Shown here one piece after another: positions 1 to 64,000 of a DNA stretch of 64,000 nucleotides (its first letter is position 1; every line of letters starts with the position of its first letter). This DNA is from the human T2T-CHM13v2.0 reference genome, Homo sapiens. Location of the stretch: the NCBI RefSeq assembly GCF_009914755.1, contig NC_060935.1. One strand, written 5' to 3'. Under the pieces are notes generated by a model. It saw nothing but the letters and a program-made list of their open reading frames with translations, was not told the origin of the DNA and did no database searches. The position numbers and the translations under genes were made by a program.

Positions 1-562
1 GCTTGTGTTGAGTGTCTTAATACTGTTTAAACAAGAGTCCCTGTATTTTTATTTTGCATGGGAGCCCACAATCATGTTGTTGCTCCTACCCAGCAGAGCT
101 ACAGCCAGCCCAATTGGGAAGTCCTCAACAGATTTTTGGTGCAGTAATCAGGGTCTCCTGGACTCTGTGACTGATGTTACCTTCTGTGTTTTTTGACTTC
201 AAAAAACCGAGGGGCTACTGACTGACCCCAGGAGCTGGTATTCTGCCCATGGGAATGTGCCAGTTTTAGTCATCACCCAATGAAGAACTTTTAAAAGGCA
301 CTTAAAACAGAAGTAATTAGGGAGTCTATTTAAAATTAATTGCCAACTGAAAAAGTAATTGCTAATTCCATGGGCCTCTTCATGGCAACTTCCTGTTTTA
401 TTTCATATTATCCACAGGCATATTTCAAACAGAGGAAAAAGGAGCCATTAATTTAAGCTGTTTCATTGTAGTGGGATTTTATTTGCCTTCCACAGAGAAT
501 GAGAGAAGAATTTTAGGCTAGCCATTTTGTTTGCTTAATTTAAGTATGAAAATCATTTTTAA

Positions 563-880
<318 letters not shown>

Positions 881-1139
881 TCACATTTCTTTAAATAACT
901 TTATAATGAGACCTTGACAAAAGTGATTTTCTAAGTAAAGCCAGTGTCTTTCTGAAGACAAACCATAATGGAGAATAGAAATATCCAGAAAAAGTAGCCT
1001 ATACAATATGTATCTTTTCTGCATTTTCGAGTGGTATGGATGTTGACAATTAAACTGGCCTGCAAAATAAATTGAGTATTTGATTGCACTCCAAAATTGA
1101 TATTAAAGAATTATTTCTCATGTACATAATTTTTATAAT

Positions 1140-1540
1140 AGTTCTTTTATTTATTACAAACATAGTGTGTGTTTACAAACATGCTCTTAACCTAGAAGGG
1201 TAAACAAAAAAGAAAACAAGTCATTTTTAACCATGGTTACCACTTTGATAGAAATCCCTTCTGCCTTTTTTTTTTCCACAAAACTAGGCTCATAAACTAG
1301 ATATTATTTTGTAACTTGCTTTTTTGATGACCTGCAACTATATTTCTATGCCATTATATATTCTTTTACATCTTTATTGTGACATTGTACATAGTATTCT
1401 ATATACATCATATGACCGTGGGATGATGGATTCAACCAGTCCTCATTGTTGGAAAATTGGGTAAGTACCAGTTTTTTTTCACAAATGCAAACATCTATTT
1501 AGCAGAAGCTTTGTGTATGTATATGAATGTTTTATATACA
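1140..1540 (-). mobile_element. Old L1 (L1ME-like) 3' fragment
   Basis: T-rich degenerate sequence resembling antisense L1M 3' UTR. Boundaries approximate. Confidence 0.5.
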
Positions 1541-1735
1541 TTGTTAAATATTAAAAAACTAAATGTTCCTTAATAAAAGAAAGCAGTTTTTTCCACATTG
1601 TCCTTTTTCAAGGTTATTTAATTCTTTCAGCACATGCATTTGCAATGGACATATATGTGTACTGTGTGCATCACCTGCATATGTTATGTTAGCAGGAACG
1701 TATACTTGCTTTGGTCCCCTAGTTGTTTCTTCTGC

Positions 1736-2450
1736 GGTTCAACATTCATTGCTCTCTATGTGCCAGGGTCTGTGCTCAGTATTGGGGTTCAAAGATAATA
1801 AGACACAGTTCCTTTACCTAAAAGGTACATTAATCTACTGGGAGAGGGGATATGCATATAACTAATGATAATGCAAAAAATAGAGGCAAAAATAACATTA
1901 AGGGAACACAGAGGAGGAAATAACTGAGGAAATTAAGGAAGCTGTTCCAGAGGAGACCCTGCAAAGCATATGTAGGATTTTGACAAGAGAAAGAGGTAAG
2001 AGAACATTCGGAGAAGAGGGCAAAGCACAAATGCAGACCAGGGAAGGAGATGTGTGGGGGGCCTTCAGGCAGCACTGGGGTAGACAGTACAGGATGGAAG
2101 TGGAGCTGGAAATGACACTGGAAAGGGGGGTTGGGACCAGATTGCAAAGGACTAGAATGCCATTCTCAAAAGTTTTTGCTTCTGTTTGTAGGAAGTTGGA
2201 AGTCAGTTACTGTCTGAGAAGCTGGGGCAAGCCTGGATCCAGAATTTTAGAAACTTAACACTGGTTAAGTTTAGAGGACAGGGTATCAACTCTGCTGCAG
2301 TTTGCAATTAGGAGTCCCTTAAGGCAGTCTAGGCAAGAGAGAATGAGAGCCTCACCTGGCCACAAGACATTCAAGAGATATCTCAGAGGCAGAATCAAAA
2401 CAACCCAGCATTCCAATTTATGTGAGAGAGGAAGTTAGAAGGTGACATGC
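1736..2450 (-). mobile_element. L2 LINE fragment
   Basis: cattcatt...ctatgtgccagggtctgtgctcag is the antisense L2 3' end, followed by purine-rich L2 body. Confidence 0.65.
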
Positions 2451-2959
2451 AGAAAAGTAAACCTCTAAACTACTATGTCCAGTTCAAATAATTCTTCACC
2501 AAGTTGCTAAGCTTCCAGAGTTAGGGATCATGTCTTTGGGACTCCACTTACTCTCAAGTCAATGCCTAGAGTAGTCAAGCAGACAGGTGGCACTTGGCAA
2601 GTCCTTATTAAATGGAAGTGTCATAGCCTGTGTCTCCTGCAAGAAAGACAGAAACCTTCCACTTCTCAAAAGAAACAAAACACTGTCTTTTAAGAATAAG
2701 GCCATGGCAAAGGAATGCAGTGACATAGTCAAGAACCCAAGCTTTGTTGATCATTTTTCTTCAAAGGATAATTCTTACAGTTTAAATAAGAGCATGAGTT
2801 AATCACCAAGCCTGGGTCATAAAGACTGAAATCTAAACATACTTGTGGTATTTCAAGCACTGATGAATACGTATTAATAAAGCCAGGAGAAAGTGTTGGC
2901 TCAAAACCAACTTATTAGATAGCCTGCAGCATGGGATTGAGAAACTAACTGCAACAGGA

Positions 2960-3118
2960 CAAGAAGGAACCTAAACAGGGATTGAAATGTTCTAGATCTT
3001 GATGAGGGCAGTGGATCCATGAAGGTAGACATTTGTCAGAATGTATGAGGTAGAGACTTAAAATGTACTAATGTTATGATATGTGATTATGACACCTCAA
3101 TAAAGTTAATATAAAAAT
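2960..3118 (+). mobile_element. L1M (MC/ME-like) 3' end fragment
   Basis: gaaatgttctagatcttgat...cacctcaataaagtt resembles the 3' terminus of old L1M elements. Confidence 0.55.
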
Positions 3119-6100
3119 TAGAGATTAGAACCCACATTAAAAGTGTTACTAAAATATGATTGTTGAAATTGCTTCACATTATTTCTTCCCAAGATACTTG
3201 CTCCTTTGAAGTTTAAATCCCTTTGTAAAAACCAGTTTACTGCAACTTAGTGCAACCCACATTTTTTGTGTGCCACCTGCAGGCTAGATCCCGTGCAGGC
3301 AATGAGAGACATAGGAGTGAATGTCAGAGACAAGACCCTGCAGAGAAGTCAGGGCAGCTGCCAGCACAAGACACCAAACCAGGCAGAACATAGCTCTTTC
3401 TGGTTCCTTAAGTTTAGGGATCCTGATCTTAGGAGGAGGAGAGAAAATACTTTTTAAAGACCAGATCAAAAACAGCTCAGTGTATATGCTGTGTTGGTGA
3501 CTCTTGCCATTTGGTTTCAGTGCTGATTTTAACACCTTTAGCAATCTCAGATTTAAAACTAAGTTATTCTGGCACCTGGTAGGTTAGATCCCCAGGGATG
3601 ATCCTCTCACTGGGGGTTATTTCTCACTGAAGTGTAAGGACCTGTATAACTGTAAGCTGTATGTGTGAATTCTGAGCATTTAACCGAATGGTATGAATCT
3701 GCTGTGTTAACTTTTCCTTCCATCCTGAAGATTCTAATAGCTTGTCATGATCCAGCTGAATGTGGATTTTTCCTTTGTTGATTCTGGCCCACTTAGGCCC
3801 AGGTCCAGCAACTTAATGAGCAGTTGCAGGGAGCATCCACTGGAAATAGAAATGAAACCAACTCCCTTTATTTAACTTGGAAAGGAGTCATAGTGCTGGA
3901 AAATAATCTTAGACCTCAACTGACCAGGGTTCTGCCACTCTAGAAATGCAGACCCAGGGAAACGAAGTGACTTGCCCAAGGACACTTGTGTAGTTTGGGC
4001 AGGCTGTGGCCTAGAGGTAAAGTCCCCTGTCTTCCAGTACTAGACCACATTGCCTTCATTTTAATGCATTTTAAACTGACTTTTATGTACAGTCCCACGT
4101 CCAAAAAGTCCAACTTTCCATTTGGCCCATTGAGAGGAACATGGACTCCATTTATAAACCTTCCGAGAGGCAGAATATAGATGTCTTTCACAACCCATTC
4201 CTGAATTTCACAGCCTTCCCTACTAGGAATTTGTATGTGCTATTTTCTTTCTCCTATCCCACTCCACAAATTGCCACTACCTATTACTTTCTTTGAGCAA
4301 AAGGGATTTTAATCATTCTCCTTTTCCTTGATTTCAATTCTCTGAAGGCCTGTCTGCTCCATTTGCCACAGATAACATGCAGAAACCTCACTTGCAATGA
4401 AAGTCACACTTCTCTTGGTAACCTGGCATTTCAGCATTTAAAGAAGCTAAGTATCTCCATCCTCATTAAATTAGGCTCAAATTGGAGAAGAGAATTACAT
4501 AGTTAAAAACACAGAGGCAAAATGATGGATTAATGTTATACCTTAATGTAACACATCATGACATGCAGTAGGAGCATTAGACCAATTAGCAAGCAAGTCT
4601 TCTGCTTGGGTTCATCATTTCTGCTGTGTATGTAGAAAGGGATAGCAATTTGAAGGATGGCATTTATCAAATCCCTTTGGATAAAAAGTGTCCACTTTAG
4701 CAACATGACCTGCATTCCTTATAAAGATGGCACCCCATTGCCCAGGAACATGGCAAAGACCCAAATGCTATCCCAAAAATACTATTTCCAAATTGGCGAC
4801 TATGCTTCTGACTTTATTTCTAAAACTTATTGAAATCCATTGCAATTGTGTCTAAATTGGAGGTTTAATATGCTACAAAAATATATCCTGCTCTTTTCTT
4901 GAGAGGTAGCAAATCCTAAGTGATGCCATTTAGCAGGTTTTTTGTCCTGGGTCTCCCCCACCCCTTTCTGGTTATGCTTCCTTATCAGTCTGATTGGTAA
5001 CAGAAAGAAGAGAGGAACAATATATCTTCCAGTTCCTCCTGGTGTGAATGCCCAAGATATTGTCAGAAGGAAAATGTATGAGGAGGTGGGGGGAGTGTGG
5101 GTCAGCAACTTGCAGGGGGAAGGGATGGTTTTCTGCTATGGTAAAGCAGAAAAACCCTGTCATGGAGTTAAAATTAACAGAATCTGCCCGGAGGGGAGCC
5201 ATGGTCTTTGTGTGGCTGATTAATGTCAGTCCTGTAAACGCAGCACTCCAACAACAGGGCTAGTCAGCTGAGCAGGAAGCTTGGAGAATGCAGAATCTCC
5301 TGCCTAGGGGATCAGAGCCCAGATGAGTGCCTCTAAACAGGGCTGAAGAGAAGGCTGCAGGCCTGGAACAGAGGTGATAGAATTAGATTTCAGCTTTGTG
5401 TCTCAGTGAAGGAAACACAGGCATCCATTAAAAGCACCTTCCCTTCTGGCCTTGCTGCTGCGGAGAGCGGCAGCGTGCAAATCCAGCCCCTACCTCTCCT
5501 CACTCATCTGTTCACAGCACTATGGCCTTCAGAACAGTGTGTCAGAAATTACCTTCTTCCATAACTGATCTTCAGGCCTGAAAAGGAAAAATTTCCAAGC
5601 ATAGATCTCCTGAAATCCCTAAGGAGATTGGGCAAAGAGCCTAAGGAAAACAGGACTTTGCATGTTGTTCCTCATGCCTACCTAAAAATGCTGGTTGCAC
5701 CAGGCAAGTCCTTGGTTAATGCATCAGTGAAATGGATTTTGTAGTTCCCAGCACATGCACTAATGGAAGTCCCTGCATGAATTTCATGCCTGCACTTCTT
5801 ATTGGCAAGAGCAGCGTACCATATGCTGGAGGTGGAAGTTAATTCTGTAGGGAATGTGTGTGATTTGAAAACCTGTGTGCTGTATTTATGTCAATCGCTG
5901 ATGTGTTTCCATAAATGCATTTTTGTGACTTGGAGAGGCATCCTGAGACCACTGAATCAGTGAAGGCAGCTTCCGGGGCACACAACCTATTCTGACACCC
6001 AGACAGGGCCATTGTTTTCCAGGTGCAAGCTTGATCACCTATGCAACCCGTGTGTGTATTCACCTCAGGAATTCATGTTGAAGAATTTAATCTTGCAGCC

Positions 6101-6979
6101 ACTCCAACAATAGCCAGAAAGCACCCCTAAATGTCTGCTCTGAAGCCTTATTTCAAGGAGACAGCAAGAGAAGAGGAAAGCTTTCTTATTTTTAATCCCA
6201 GCATCAATAAAATCACAGGTTGATGTGTATACATCACAGGGCAGTTGTTTTGAAAAAGAAATAAAAGTAAATGATGAAACTTTGGAAAAAATGGACTCTC
6301 TGGAATGGAACCAAGAACAGGCTCTCAGTGTTGACCTTTTGGTTAAAGCCACATAATGCAATTTATGTCATCCCTCAAGATATATGATTTTATTGGTTTG
6401 CTGGGAACTTGGGCTTAAGGGAAATTGTACATTGGGAAAGTAAAATGTTTAGCTCTTATTATTGCCAAATGAGGTGTTATAATAAGAAAAAAAAAATGTC
6501 TAAGCCCTCCCCTCTAAGAGCTTATATTCTATGGTTCCACAATTCTCAAAAGACATTTTCAGATGGTTGTCATAACTAAAGACCTCTGACTAATGACCGT
6601 CTTCTTTAAGGGTATTTAGGATCAGAATGGTGCTTTTTCAGCCCACAAAGCTGTTACAATTTACTTCTTATAAATCCTAACAAACAACTAAAGTGAACAT
6701 GAGGTTTCTAAACTGTTTTGAAGTGCTGAAATCCTCTAATGAAACCAGTTAAATCAATATTCAGAAGTAGAAGTCAATCCAACCGTTATTCAATAATTAA
6801 TTGGTTGTTAATAGACATTTCCTAGTTTATATGTTTTAGCTTTAGTACATAGTAACATAAAATGGTATTTTGGTAACTAGGTACATTTCTTGAAATCGTA
6901 GAGCAGGAGAGCACCCTTGGACTAGATCCTCTCCCTTCCTTGATGGAGTATTCCAGGCTCACTGACCCTTAGATTTCTT

Positions 6980-7760
6980 TTTTTCCCTCTATAATCCCTT
7001 ATGACCTCATTCATTTGCATGGCTTTGCATGACATCTGTACACCAATGACACTCAAATTTATGGCTCCAGCTTGGCCCTCTCCTCTGAACTGCAGCCTCT
7101 TCTATCTAACTTCCTGCTTGACATCTGCACTTGAATATCAAATGCACATCTCACACTTAATCTGTCCAGAATAGGGCTTCTGCATTCAAAACCTAGTCTT
7201 TCTGCAGCCCTCCCCATCTCAGCTAATGACAACCCCCTCTTTCCAATTGCTCAGGCCAAAACCTAAGGGTCATTCTAGAAGCCTCTGTTTCTCTCACATC
7301 CTGTATCCTGCCAGCTCCACAATCAGAAAACACTCTCGCCACCTCCAAGTTCAGAATACATCCAGGAACCCTTCATTTCTCACCACCTGGGTGCTTAGAA
7401 TAGATGTGGAACCTGACCCCTTCTCACCACTTCCGACACCATCTGCCTTGTTCAGGCCGCCAAGATCACGTGCTTATGTTGCTGTAGGAGGCTGCTGACT
7501 GGTCTCCCTCCTTCCTCTCTGGCTGCCCTTCCATCTGTTCAGGAGCAGAAGCCAGAGGGATCCTGTTAAAATCTACATCACATCTCATGACTCCCATCTC
7601 ACAGCTCACCAGTGGCTTCCCCCTCACCACCACTACAGCCCCACTATAATGTAAAATCTCTTCAAGAAATGTTGGACTTGCCCATTGCTAGACCCTCAAG
7701 CCCCTAGAAAGTGCCTGGTAGATTCTAAATACATCTGTGTTGAAGTAATTAATTAATTAA
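6980..7760 (+). mobile_element. L2 LINE fragment
   Basis: Pyrimidine-rich L2 body (ttgacatctgcacttgaatatc, ccaattgctcaggccaaaacctaaggg) ending near agcccctagaaagtgcctgg. Confidence 0.75.
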
Positions 7761-8109
7761 TTGGTTTTGGTTGGTTTCTATTTCTCTTTCTGTGCCACAT
7801 CTTTACCCCTGCATCTATTAGCCTCACAGTTTTTCTTAAAGATTTGTGGGGGGCGAGTTGTATATTAAGAATATCCAACTATTTCTGATATTTGTTGCCA
7901 GTATTTTCCCAGTTTCTTTGCCTTTTAATTCCATTGTCTTTTTTTTCCCATAAACTGAAATTTACATTTTTGTAGAGCCACAGCTGTCTGTTTCTGTAAT
8001 AACTATTTTTCTTGTTGTGGCCCTTCAAAAGTCTGCAAAGCTGTAACATTCTAGTGCAGATCATCTGGCCATGTTCTTGCCCACTCATGTTCCTGTGTCT
8101 CTCCCACAG

Positions 8110-63918
<55,809 letters not shown>

Positions 63919-64000
63919 GTAAGAAGTCATCAGATTTGTTCGGAGCGGGTGGGTTCTGCTTCCTGTTCTGGAAGACCATGGTTGGGAGGAGGGTGGTGCA

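Overview
Primate, almost certainly human, genomic DNA (Alu-rich, including a near-pristine AluY) lying inside the 3' part of FAT3 (FAT atypical cadherin 3) on the + strand. Twelve GT-AG coding exons (8110-63918, 3570 nt, 1190 codons) splice into one uninterrupted frame. They encode the last cadherin repeats, the membrane-proximal region, EGF1, a laminin-G domain, EGF2-4, the transmembrane helix and the start of the cytoplasmic tail. The gene begins before and ends after the window. The introns hold ordinary mammalian repeats: Alu/FLAM, MIR, L2, L1M/HAL1-like, a solo MER52 LTR with a 4-bp TSD, an MLT2 LTR with a nested MER47, and MER5/20/46/58/63 and Tigger3-type DNA elements. I see no support for a new biological system, foreign insert, CRISPR array or RNA gene. 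The best leads are splicing and regulatory hypotheses: a 17-nt poison-microexon candidate, an in-phase cryptic terminal exon inside the LamG intron, a strong CAG|GTAG decoy or recursive site before the TM exon, an intronic polyA candidate, a very young AluYc1-type insertion beside an inverted tail-less Alu, and an E-box/homeodomain motif cluster. Repeat family names were recognised by eye from remembered consensus sequences and need RepeatMasker confirmation.
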